DNA from: Macrostomum lignano
Lineage: Eukaryota
Length of the DNA stretch: 41,096 nt
Direction of reading: 5' to 3'
Assembly: GCA_002269645.1 (NCBI GenBank)
Contig: NIVC01004591.1
Span: 1 to 41,096 of the forward strand
Shown: piece by piece, positions 24,077 to 35,889 of the stretch
Layout of the letters: each line of letters opens with the position of its first letter
How positions within the stretch are numbered: position 1 is the first letter of the stretch
Position numbers and translations under genes: made by a program
Notes under the pieces: generated by a model
Databases searched by the model: none
What the model saw: only the letters and a program-made list of their open reading frames with translations
What the model was told of the DNA's origin: nothing

Positions 24077-24553
24077 TTAACTTTGTCGGCTCCGGCTTGA
24101 CATATTCACAAAACGAGGAGGATGGCAGTTTTTACAAAGACCTAAAACGAAATTTTAGCTTCCGCAAAGACCCAAAATTGAGTTTTAGATTCTAAATTAA
24201 AGATTTACGAGTATAGTGGCCACTCCCTCTGAAACGTCTGCTAAAACTCTATTTCAGCTCTTTGGAAAAAAAACAAATTTTTCTTTTTAGGTTTTCATCA
24301 ATCCAGATGAACTTTGGTGTCGTTAAAAAGTAGTGAGTTATTTCAAAAATCAAGAACAAAACCGGGGCCTCAAGTTCAAACTAGTGTATTGTTGTATATG
24401 ACATTGCATTAGGGTGGGTTGAGTGCAGATAAGAAAAGGAGGTGGGGAGTGCGCGACTGAGGAAACAGGCGAGATTGAAGAGCCAATCAGAGGGCAGCGA
24501 GGGAGAGAAATAAGAATAACAAGACTAGACAGAGGGAACGAAAACAGAGTAAA

Positions 24554-24720
24554 GCAGGGGTCCGCAAACTTCGGCACGCGAAGCCTCTCTGTCCGGCCCT
24601 CGAGTCTTTTAAAACTTTACTACAATGGCAATCCGGCCAGCTCAATGTCTTGTCTCAGCTCTTCTCTCCTCGCTCCCCTCTTCTCTCATCCCAAATCTTA
24701 TCTCATCTTCTCATCCTCTC
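24554..24720 (+). mobile_element. hAT-like MITE terminal fragment
   Basis: CAGGGGTCCGCAAACTTCGGC...GAAGCCTCTCTGTCCGGCCCTCG is a typical hAT-type CAGGGG start and is homologous to 19100-19322. Confidence 0.5.
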
Positions 24721-25132
24721 AATGAAGCAATGAGGACTAAAAGACCAAAGATCCCTTACGAGAAAGTAGAGTTGGGGTGGGGGTTTTCGGGGTTTTGCAC
24801 ACTTTTAAGTTACTTTTCAGCCAGTGTTAATTAACAAAAAACTGTTTATTGTCAATCATAATGCACCAGCCTTCAATATTAATTTGAAAATACGAATTAT
24901 TCATATCAACATACAGCTTTATGTAATTACGAGCTTTGTACATAGCAGTTGTTTTATGACTGACTTACTGCTATCTATACCTGGCATTTCCATTTTTCAT
25001 TTTTCATTTATTTTTTAAATGAGTGACCAATTTAGTGTTTGCAGCTAGGTACCGGGTTCGGGGTTTGGGGTTCTTGAAAAAATAGCCATCTCGAACAACC
25101 CTCTTAACTAACTGCCTTGATATATTTTACCT

Positions 25133-26893
25133 GGGTCTACGACGTTTGCCTGCCGACATTTGCCTGCGGGACGTTTGCCAGCCGACGTTTGCCTGCGGGA
25201 CGTTGTTGGCCAGCCGAACTTTGCAGGCGGCAATTGGTTAAAGAAGTACGCCCTCTCTAGGCTTACATGTACTTGCATTTGAAAACTGTGGACACAGCAC
25301 TAATCTAATTCCAGCTCGCTCCCTACTACTGCTATTAAATATACAGGTTACTAACAAACTACTGTTCAGGCTTATTGAAGTTATTGCTCTTGTCTGCCTA
25401 AATAGGAAGGTAAAAATACAAAATAGGAGTTTCCATTGTCACAGTTGATGTCTATGTATGCCATGGAATGGCCCTTTTCATCTCAGTGGCCAAATAAGCT
25501 AAGTGTTTACAAGCTAAATGGGAAAAGGCTGAGACATCCATAGTGGTATTGGCCTAGTCTCGCCTATATATACTTAACTCAAAAGCCAAACTCTGCTTAA
25601 CGGAGTTTGGCCATGACAGCGTGCACTTGACAAGCTGGATTGGAATTAATTCGCTTACTTTTGGATCTCCCAATGAACTGGGAAATATACAAGCCAGAAT
25701 TATCGTTCAGCATGTCATTTATTTGCTCAAAACTTGGCTCGCAGGAGATTCCCGTTTAAACTTGCGTGTCTTCATTCGCAAATCAAGAATCAAACATCTA
25801 CAAGCGATACAAAATTGTCGGAAGTAAACTTTATAATATTTTCACATTCAAAGAAATTATTGTTAAACTAGATGCTAGATTGATGAACTGCATAATTTGT
25901 ATAGATTTTGTTTTCGAACTTTTATACATGCGAATAACCGTCAAAAAGCTGGACTAAAAAACTGCTTTTTAAAACCGCTAAACTGCGAATATTTCAGTAT
26001 CAAATTTTTCACTCACTGACTTAATGTCGGCTGGCAAATGTCGGCTGGCAAACGTCGGCTGGCAAACGTCGGCAGGCAAACGTCCCGCAGGCAAACGTCC
26101 CGCAGACAAACGTCCCGCAGGCAAATGTCGGCAGGCAAACGTCGGCTGGCAAACGTCCACTGGCAAACGTCCGCTGGCAAACATCGGCTGGCAAACGTCC
26201 CGCAGGCAAATGTCGGCAGGCAAACGTCGGGTGGCAAACGTCGCCTGGCAAACGTCGGCTGGCAAACGTCGGCTGGCAAACGTCGGCTGGCAAACGTCGG
26301 CTGGCAAACGTCGGCTGGCAAACGTCGGCTGGCAAACGTCGGCTGGCAAACATCGGCTGGCAAACGTCGGCTGGCAAACGTCGGCTGGCAAACGTCGGCT
26401 GGCAAACGTCGGCTGGCAAACGTCGGCTGGCAAACATCCCGCAGGCAAATGTCGGCTGGCAAACGTTTCGCAAGCAAACGTTGGCTGCCAAACGTCCCAC
26501 AGGCAAACGTCCCGCAGGCAAACGTCCCACAGGCAAACGTCCCGCAGGCAAACGTCCCGCAGGCAAACGTCCTGCAGGTAAACGTCCTGCAGGCAAACGT
26601 CCCACAGGCAAACGTCCCACAGGCAAACGTCCCACAGGCAAACGTCCCGCAGGCAAACGTCCCACAGGCAAACGTCCCGCAGGCAAACGTCCCGCAGGCA
26701 AACGTCCTGCAGGTAAACGTCCTGCAGGCAAACGTCCCACAGGCAAACGTCCCACAGGCAAACGTCCCGCAAGCAAACGTCCCGCAGGCAAACGTCCCGC
26801 AGGCAAACGTCCTGCAGGCAAACGTCCCGCAGGCAAACGTCCCGCAGGCAAACGTCCTGCAGACAAACGTCGGCTGGCAAACGTCGCTATCCC
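25133..26893. mobile_element. Non-autonomous foldback / MULE-like DNA element, copy 2 (1761 bp, opposite orientation to copy 1)
   Basis: GGGTCTACGACGTTTGCC...GGCAAACGTCGCTATCCC with a perfect 9-bp TSD ATTTTACCT (25124-25132, 26894-26902). The right arm has ~60 GGCAAACGTC-core 14/15-bp repeats. Confidence 0.9.
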
Positions 26894-27408
26894 ATTTTAC
26901 CTATTGCTTCAAGAAGATAGAGATACAGTATAAAATATAATAAAAACTTCATCACAGACATAAAACAAGCTACAATGCAACCGGCCCCAATGTTTTACAT
27001 TAGTATTATTTAAATGCTCACAGTTTGCAAGTAAAATCGTCCGTCTAATGAACATTCTTCGGTACAATCAAATTAAATCAAGAGCTGAGATGATTTCTTA
27101 GAATACACTGCGATGTTGCCCAGACTACTGTTGCATGTCAGATCCGAGAACGGAGACAGACAGCAGACAGAGCACTACGAGTATCAGAGCACTTTAAAAA
27201 TACATATTAACTGTCTGTTTCTCACTCTCGCTCCGGCGCTCTCTCCTAGTCTGCTATTGACGGCTGCTATATTATCCTTTTGCTGCCATAGGCGGCCGCG
27301 TCAGGAACATTTTAATGAAAATTTTCACTGTGCTGCAGTCAACTATGAGTGAAGAGGGTTGGATGTCCGGAAGCAGAATGAGTGACGCTTTACTGAGAAT
27401 TGGGAAGA

Positions 27409-29270
27409 ACCGTAGATTAAGACAGACCTATCTTCTTCTACCGTAGATTAAGACAGACCTATCTTCTTCTACCGTAGATTAAGACAGACCCATCTTCTTC
27501 TACCGTAGATTAAGACAGACCTATCTTCTTCTACCATAGATTAAGACAGACCTATCTTCTTCTACCATAGATTAAGACAGACCTATCTTCTTCTACCGTA
27601 GATTAAGACAGACCCATCTTCTTCTACCGTAGATTAAGACAGACCCATCTTCTTCTACCGTAGATTAAGACAGACCTATCTTCTCCTACCGTAGATTAAG
27701 ACAGACCCATCTTCTACCGTAGATTAAAACAGACCCATCTTCTTCTACCGTAGATTAAGACAGACCCATCTTCTACCGTAGATTAAAACAGACCCATCTT
27801 CTTCTAACGTAGATTAAGACAGACCCATCTTCTTCTACCGTAGATTAAGACAGACCCATCTTCTACCGTAGATTAAAACAGACCCATCTTCTTCTAACGT
27901 AGATTAAGACAGACCCATCTTCTTCTACCGTAGATTAAGACAGACCCATCTTCTACCGTAGATTAAGACAGACCCATCTTCTAACGTAGATTAAGACAGA
28001 CCCATCTTCTTCTAACGTAGATTAAGACAGACCCATCTTCTTCTATCGTAGATTAAGACAGACCCATCTTCTACCGTAGATTAAAACAGAACCATCTTCT
28101 TCTAACGTAGATTAAGACAGACCCATCTTCTACCGTAGATTAAGACAGACCCATCTTCTACCGTAGATTAAGACAGACCCATTTTTTTCTACCGTAGATT
28201 AAGACAGACCCATCTTCTTCTACCGTAGATTAAGACAGACCCATCTTCTTCTACCATAGATTAAGACAGACCCATCTTCTTCTACCGTAGATTAAGACAG
28301 ACCCATCTTTTTCTACCGTAGATTAAGACAGACCCATCTTCTATCGTAGATTAAGGCAGACCCATCTTCTTCTATCGTAGATTAAGACAGACCCATCTTC
28401 TTCTACCGTAGATTAAGACAGACCCATCTTCTATCGTAGGTTAAGACAGACCCATCTTCTATCGTAGATTAAGACAGACCCATCTTCTTCTACCGTAGAT
28501 TAAGACAGACCCATCTTCTTCTACCATAGATTAAGACAGACCCATCTTCTTCTACCGTAGATTAAGACAGACCCATCTTCTTCTACCATAGATTAAGACA
28601 GACCCATCTTCTTCTACCGTAGATTAAGACAGACCCATCTTCTATCGTAGGTTAAGACAGACCCATCTTCTATGGTAGATTAAGACATACCCATCTTCTA
28701 TCGTAGGTTAAGACAGACCCATCTTCTATCGTAGAATAAGACAGACCCATCTTTTTCTACCGTAGATTAAGACAGACCCATCTTCTTCTACCGTAGATTA
28801 AGACAGACCCATCTTCTTCTACCATTGATTAAGACAGACCCATCTTCTTCTACCGTAGATTAAGACAGACCCATCTTTTTCTACCGTAGATTAAGACAGA
28901 CCCATCTTCTTCTACCATAGATTAAGACAGACCCATCTTCTTCTACCGTAGATTAAGACAGACCCATCTTCTATCGTAGATTAAAACAGACCCATCTTCT
29001 TCTACCGTAGATTAAGACAGACCCATCTTCTACCGTAGATTAAGACAGACCCATCTTCTATCGTAGATTAAGGCAGACCCATCTTCTTCTACCGTAGATT
29101 AAGACAGACCCATCTTCTTCTACCATAGATTAAGACAGACCCATCTTCTTCTACCGTAGATTAAGACAGACCCATCTTTTTCTACCGTAGATTAAGACAG
29201 ACCCATCTTCTATCGTAGATTAAGACATACCCATCTTCTTCTATCGTAGGTTAAGACAGACCCATCTTCT
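27409..29270. repeat. 28/31-bp satellite (ACCGTAGATTAAGACAGACCCATCTTCT[TCT]), ~60 units
   Basis: Uninterrupted array ending mid-unit at the LTR boundary. Confidence 0.97.
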
Positions 29271-29271
29271 C

Positions 29272-31486
29272 TGATGTAACCGCCCTTGTCGCCTGTCCGC
29301 TCCGTAGAGAGACGAACGCATGACTAGAGGGGGCAATGACCGTAGGCTGCCTATGACCGGGCAATGACCTGACGGACCTCCAGCACCAGACTGTCCCGCC
29401 CACATGATTAGTAGCTTTGGTAGCGCTTCGTGACCAGAGGGCCAAGGACCCACATGGACCCCACCTGTAGCCAAGGTGCAATAGTTGGTCACTCGGTCAT
29501 GGTATGACCGAGTGGCTGCCACCACTCTATGTGACCTGGCGCACCTGGATCTTTCTACCAGACCTCTCGAGGCTAGAGCCCCGCCTGGATTGGTTACCAG
29601 GGGATTTAGGCTAACAGGGGAGACGCATGCAGCCGAGTACAGGGACTCTGCTTGGGGCATGATCGGGAACTCTGGGCTCAATCCTGGAGGATTTCTCAGC
29701 AGGGGATCCTTTGTGGCTGTGAGCGAGGCTGACTTGCGACTTTGATTACTAAGAGTAGTATGAGGCGAACATGTACTGTCTACAGTTTAGATTGCTCAGG
29801 GCGAAGGGACGCGTCAGCATGGGGTTGCAACCTTCCTACTGCCATTCTGTGCCAAGACTCGCTAATCCCTCTACTGCACGCACACGCGGCCCCGCAGCAC
29901 GCACTCACAGGCGGGCTTTGCACGGGGAGAGGCCATTAGCTTACCCAAACTTCCTTATGCTTTGCCACCCCGGGAGAAAGGCTTAGCAAGCCATGAGTGA
30001 AAGGATGGTGAAAGATTGAATAATGATGAAGTTAGTTAATAGTTAATAATTAGGCCCTTAGGCAAATAAGCAGGCAATTAGGCGGCTTCACTATTGAGTA
30101 AAATACAGCAAAAGATACGGTATCACAATTGGCTCAGCTCTCTAATCAGACAATGGAAAATAGGCAAACCCCGGATAAGCAAAGGCAATTAGAGCACAAA
30201 TTAGTAACAGGAACTTACCGGCAGCTGCACAGAGAGAGAGAGAGGCGGAGTGACCGGGGCGGCTGTAGGCTGCAGTCAGGCAGACGGTGAAGCGGCGATG
30301 CGCTGGAGCGACGAGGCGCTGATGTAGATCAGGCGATGCTGATGATGCTGGGCGGTGTCAGACCGCTGGCCGATAGGCGAGCTCACTTGGGGAGCTAAGG
30401 ATAACTTGGCGGTAACAGACCGCGGACCGGCAGGGATTCGTCTTATAGACGAATGGGTCAGAACTCAATCTGACAGCAAGTCCAAAGAAGGACGAGGAGA
30501 GGAAAGAGATAAACTCAGTTGAGTATTCTCATGCCGAAATCGCTTCCTTTTATAGACCTCACAGCCGCCTCCTCAAGGTCGTTACCATGGCTCCCTCTCT
30601 CTGATTGGCTGCCGGCAGAATGACGTCAGAATGAGTCATGATGAGAAGCATGAGACCGGCATAGCAACATGAGAAATCGGGAAATTGCGCAATCCGGAGG
30701 TGGGGTGGGGGGATAATTGGCGCAGCGGGTGGTCGCGAAAGTGTTGCGCAAGCAAACATTGAGAACAATAGGGCTGGGGTCGAGAACAAAGGAATTGGAA
30801 ATCGGGGATAATTGGGGAAAACTGAGAACAATGGAAAAGTAAACATTGGAGAAAAGGTGATAATTAGGTGCGAAAACGAGAACAAAAGAAAGAGAAAATC
30901 GGAGAAAATGTGATAATTGGTGGGGGTCGAGAGAACAAAAGAAGCAAAAACGAGAACAATAGAAGCGGAGGTGGGGTGGGTGTCACATGAGAAATTTGGG
31001 AAGGAGAACAATAGCGTGAGAAAAGGTTGCGCAAGAGAGGGGGATGAGTCATCGATGAGTCACCGAGGGGGAGAAGGGGTCACACGACTTGCGTCACCGT
31101 TTGGGAGTTTGAGAGGGGATGGGGAGACGGTGAGCACACAAAGTACTGTAAGTAGACACAGGGAAAGAGGGGACAGCGCAGGAAAAGAGTGCAGAGGGAG
31201 ACAAAAAAAGGAGGAGGTAGAGAAAGTACAGGAAGAATAGGGCGGGAACAGAAGAGATAGGGTAGAGGGGGAGGTACAGAAAGGGGTAGGGGCTCCGGAA
31301 AGGCAGGTGTGGCGGCAGGAGAGACGGGACCAAGGCAGCAGGAGGGGTGCAGCAGAGCGGGAGTCTCCAGGCCCGGTCGGAGACCTGGCCGAGTCTCGAC
31401 AGCTCTGTGCAGAGGGTGCACGGGATAGGAGGCACTTTCGAAAAAGTTCCCATGCCCTATCCCGCGACCAGAGCGTGGTTACATCA
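29272..31486 (-). repeat. 3' LTR, 2215 bp
   Basis: 10-bp terminal inverted repeat TGATGTAACC...GGTTACATCA. The first ~890 bp are repeated at 40210-41096. Confidence 0.9.
30548..30640 (-). promoter_or_regulatory. LTR core promoter: TATAAAA (30554-30548), CCAAT (~30604-30608), CRE TGACGTCA (30621-30628), AP-1 TGAGTCA (30632-30638)
   Basis: Motifs seen in the order expected for a - strand U3 promoter. Function is inferred. Confidence 0.6.
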
Positions 31487-31505
31487 CACCCCCACTGCCT
31501 TTTGT
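31487..31505 (-). other. Polypurine tract
   Basis: - strand ACAAAAGGCAGTGGGGGTG directly precedes TGATGTAACC of the 3' LTR. Confidence 0.7.
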
Positions 31506-32540
31506 GACGGAACTGGTTCCGTCATCATCACTGCCCAACATGGAACCACACAGACGGGAGCGGGACCTCAACCGAACGTGAAATCACAGAATTAACAAAC
31601 CGCGAGCGGGAATGGAAAAAGGCGATAAAATAGAGGGGATAGCAATAAATTCACAAACGAGATACATAGGTTGGAGTGCAATACAGAATTTCAAAAATTT
31701 CAACTGTTGCTGTGGCTAAAGTGGGAGGGGGGAAACACAGACAGCGCAATAGTAGGGAGAAAAATAGCGAATTGTCAACAATAAATTATCATAATTGGAT
31801 AGAAGCGCAGCTGGGAAAGAGAGGAAACGGGGAAGGGTGAGGGAAGTGGGGAAAAAGAAGGGGGAAGGGTTGCTAGCACACAGCCAAGGGCAGAGCCTCG
31901 GGGAGAATGACGATTACACAGGGGAAAAATACTAATGCAGCGCAGTAAATTAATAAGCTAATTTCGCCGGGAGTTCAACCGCACGGAGGCCTAGCGTCCT
32001 TGAAGGCTCGGACCCCGCTTCAGCCAGTCAGAGGGCTTCGGGGCGATCGGTTGTAGGCTGGGAGGCGCCGCGCCGTGCGCTGGCCACTGTATAAAAGGCG
32101 CCACTGATAACGGGAGCCGGCTGCCTGCAACCTACACGGAGTCGCAGTTTCCAACCAAGGCACTCAGCGCGATTTTCCAAACTATACAACTACTCGGTAA
32201 GTCCCATCACCAACCTGATTTCCTTTCGCCTATACGTTAAACGAAATCTACCCACTCGCCATGCCTTTCGTTTTAAACTGAGCCAATTGCAGTAATAATA
32301 TATGGCCTTTCTTACGGTAAAAGTAGTGAGCAGCCAACACAGAGCCATTTTTAGGAATTTTTAGAATAATGACACAACAATGACTCGTATATTGGTTATT
32401 AAAGTTTAAAAATGAATATTATGGAAGAACCGAATATTAATAGGATAATTTCACACACACACAACAAACACACAACGCAAGGGGGCGGAAAGGCGGGTCG
32501 GACCGGCCGGCGGACGTCGCTCAGCAGGCAGTCAGCATCC

Positions 32541-33890
32541 TTACTCGAAATGGGCCTCTTGATTTAGCTGGTACGGGCCATATGCCGCCACCTGAGCCAT
32601 GGCACTTGCCCATGCTTCCACATAACGTTGGGCTGCCGCGGCCGTGAGCACCACTCGGTGCCATCGGCTAGGCAAGATGTCGTTGCGCAGCACGCCCCTC
32701 AACTGCGGCAGAGTCGGGATGCCCAGGGCTTGGCATTGGACGACGAAGGCCGCATTCCGTACTTGTTGCAGCCGTGTCAGAGTTGGTGCAGACAGGGGCG
32801 GCTGCGCGATTGCAAAATGCTGCAAAGTGCCACGGGGCACCTCGGCCAGGCCCGCGTAGCCGGGCTCAACGTCGCCCAGGGCCGCCAACACCCACCCACA
32901 GCGGCGATTGAACCGTTGCGAGAGAGTGGCGGCCCAGGCCACTGTGGCAAACGGCGCATAGAGGAGGGGCGCAGAGGCCGGCGCGGAGGCCGCAAGAATG
33001 CCGTCGTGGATGACGAGAGCCTCTTCCCATTCGGCGCCCTCGCTCAGGAAGCCCCAGAGCAGCCCTGGCAGGTCCGCAGGAAGCATGCCCCAGCGGCTGG
33101 CCAAGCTGGCCAGGCCAATCAATAGCCGGGCTCTCTGGGTTGGTGTCAGTTGTCTAGTCATCTGAGAGGAGGCTGCGCAGCTGATGATCACCTTCTTGTA
33201 GACCGGCCGATCGCAGGTGCTGAAGATTGCTGTGATGGGGGCACAGGACGGCGGCCGGGCTGTCAGGTGTGATGGTTCCTCATCCACAACCTTGCGGAGG
33301 AACTTGGCGGCCTGCCGGACTAGGTCGCCGAGGGCGTATTTGTAGGCGCTCTGGGCCGCTGCCTCGATGTACATTAACAGCGTATTGTCAACCAATCCCA
33401 GCAGGGCCGCTTTTGACAGGATGAGCAGACAGGGCCGGTCCAGGTTGTCGCGAAGTTGGCGCTCTAGAGTCGCATGCCTGTCCTCGGCCTGGAGTGGGCC
33501 ATGATAGGACTCAGGCCCGACCCAGTGCACCAGATCCATAGCTGTCGCCGAAGGTTCGCCAGCCACCTGACCCCAATCGACTTCTTCTCTTTGCAGGGCG
33601 ATGTCCACACTTCGGCGGCTGTTGGGCAGAACATCACGCAGGCGGCGGGCCGCCTCGCCGAATTCGGCCGCCAGGTCCGAAATGTCTGCGGTGTCGCCCC
33701 CAGCATTGGCCGGGTCGATTGTCTCGTCACCTTCTTCGACCCTGGCGGAGGCCGCCGCTGGCGGCTCGGGGCCGTCCTCCGCCTCTTGGATGGCGTCACG
33801 GGGCCGCTTTCGGCTAACTGGGCTGGCAGGACGCTCAGACGGTAAGCTGGAGCATAGCTGAATTCGATTGATGGTAGGCTTCGTGTCCAT
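32541..33890 (-). CDS. Element ORF3, 449 aa hypothetical protein (possibly ~562 aa from 34228 if one base is missing near 33891)
   Basis: Long uninterrupted non-repetitive ORF. Acidic/Pro-rich N-terminus with RKRPR, then a helical-looking body. No family recognised. Confidence 0.75.
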   Translation of the reverse strand: MDTKPTINRIQLCSSLPSERPASPVSRKRPRDAIQEAEDGPEPPAAASARVEEGDETIDPANAGGDTADISDLAAEFGEAARRLRDVLPNSRRSVDIALQREEVDWGQVAGEPSATAMDLVHWVGPESYHGPLQAEDRHATLERQLRDNLDRPCLLILSKAALLGLVDNTLLMYIEAAAQSAYKYALGDLVRQAAKFLRKVVDEEPSHLTARPPSCAPITAIFSTCDRPVYKKVIISCAASSQMTRQLTPTQRARLLIGLASLASRWGMLPADLPGLLWGFLSEGAEWEEALVIHDGILAASAPASAPLLYAPFATVAWAATLSQRFNRRCGWVLAALGDVEPGYAGLAEVPRGTLQHFAIAQPPLSAPTLTRLQQVRNAAFVVQCQALGIPTLPQLRGVLRNDILPSRWHRVVLTAAAAQRYVEAWASAMAQVAAYGPYQLNQEAHFE

Positions 33891-35889
33891 GTCAAGCTGG
33901 ATAGTTCATAGAATGCTTCAGCGATTGAAGGACAGAATGATTTCTCTGATTGATGATTTCCAGCTCTGGCAGGCGTGGGTCTTCTTATAGTGCCGGGGCT
34001 GGCTTCCCATTGGTTGAGCACATTGGGAGGCACACCTGCTGCGGCCGGGGTCGCCGTTGGCTTGGGACCGCTCGCTCTAGTCTCCGTGCGCTCTGATTGG
34101 CTGGTTCCGCCGCTTCCTGTTTCCTCACCTGTGAGCAGGGGGCAGACCCGAGACCACCTCCGGTCGCGCCCGCGGCAGATCCGTACTCCAGCCGACAGAG
34201 ATCGCACTCCCACCTCACATGCACACATTCAGATCAGGCACACAAATTAATTTGGTTAATATGAATAGAAGAGGGATTTGGGAGATTAGACTCCGGAGGA
34301 TAAATGATGATGCGGCCCAACTCCCTTCGATTTCTTCCTTCAACGCCACGCGCACGCAGTTCTCATCCATGCCTCCGAGACCCTCATAAACTTAACAGCC
34401 GAAAGAATTCGAAAGAGGAATTAATCATTAATTTGACTGCCACCAGTTTGATGTACTATTATAAAAGAGAAAGGGGAACCTACCACCATCTTGGCGCATT
34501 ACAAAGAAAAGAAAAGGAGGATCAGCCACCATTTTGAGAGAGGTTGCTAGGGAAAACTGCCACCAATTGTACATTAACAGGGAAGAGAAAGAGGGAACCC
34601 GTCACCAATTAGAGTGGATTGCCCGGGGAAACTGCCACCATTTGCCCTTCTACCAGAGGAGAGGAAGACGAAAAACTGCCATCACTTAGAGGTGTATCAT
34701 TAAAAGAAGGCGGGGAAGAAGGCTACCACTACTTGATCACCTAGAGCTCAAGGGAAGGAGAGGGAATGAAGAAAGGAAGAAACCCCCAGGAAGGCCACTA
34801 CCACACGCCATAAAGTTAAAATCCCCATCTATCTACATCCTAATACCCGGCTAGTTCCCTACTTCTATTTCATCCCTTAAATTCTCATTTTCAGGATTCC
34901 GGCCGCTAGTAGCCGAGCCCATCCTTGAAGAGGAGTCCGACTACGAAGCGCCCGAAGACAGCCATTCAGAGCCGGACGCCCCCTCTGATTCTGGGCCGGC
35001 TGCGCCATCTGGTGACATAGGCGCCGCGGCTCCCGGGCCATGCGACCGCCGGCCGCCAGCGAACCAGCGTCCGGGGCCGGTTGGCATCCGGTACCACCGC
35101 CGTTGTCAGCCCGAGCGCACGCTCCGCCGCCGGTCGCCGCGGTGACGCCCGTGGCTGCCGCTCCACAGCCCTTGCCAACCCCTGTGGTGGAGACCGACGG
35201 CTCCTGGCATTTGGTCGTGCTGTCGACGGCCCTAATAGCCGGTCTCACAATGCACTGGCTACTGCTCTTGGAGCTATTTCTGCGGCTTCCCAACTGCTGA
35301 TGCTGGTGGTTCTTAATGCTTACTTACTAATTCTGAACTATCTGTCCCCATAACTTGACTTTAATTACTTACCTGACTTTACATTGACTAAACCACTGGC
35401 CTACTCTAAACTAATTGCTGCCCCATTTGCCTGATAAACTTAATTACATTGAATGCCCCCCCCCTATTGCCTCATCGAAACCAATTAAAAGTTTCCCAAA
35501 ATCGGACTTTCACAAAGTGTGAACAAACACACGAAATCAGACCTAAAGGTGCTAATTTCCTACGGTCCCAGACTTCCATTGTTCCCAGAAAATCTTAAAC
35601 AGCGGGGCAGGACCTCCTGTGGAGCAGACCCATAGAAATTTTACTAGTTTCCAAGTTAATATTTACTGATAGGGAATTAACGCATACTGTACGGGCCTAA
35701 TTTTCGAGCTAAAATCTTAGATATTTAAACAACACCAACGAGCACGAGGTCACAACATAAATTCGAGTAATAGAGGGCATACGTAAATACGCGAAAAGCG
35801 GTCTCCAACGGGGCAACACGAGCAAAATTTCGACACGCGAATCGGGGGGGGGGAATTAAGCAATCACTGGCTAGCTACCGATCTGTTAC

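Noticed and set aside
22687-29270. CRISPR-like appearance of the 52-bp and 28/31-bp arrays
   Set aside because: Head-to-tail repeats with no unique spacers, no cas genes, and a eukaryotic context.
29241-29986. Short ORFs duplicated at 40150-40934
   Set aside because: They recur only because they lie in the LTRs, and several are broken by indels between the two copies.
32541-33890. ORF3 as env, RT or integrase
   Set aside because: By eye there is no signal peptide, furin site or TM anchor, and no YxDD, HHCC or DD35E motif. An HMM search is still needed.
34877-35293. 138-aa - strand ORF between pro and ORF3 as a pol remnant
   Set aside because: No RT/RH/IN motifs. Composition looks like the antisense shadow of the + strand candidate exon.
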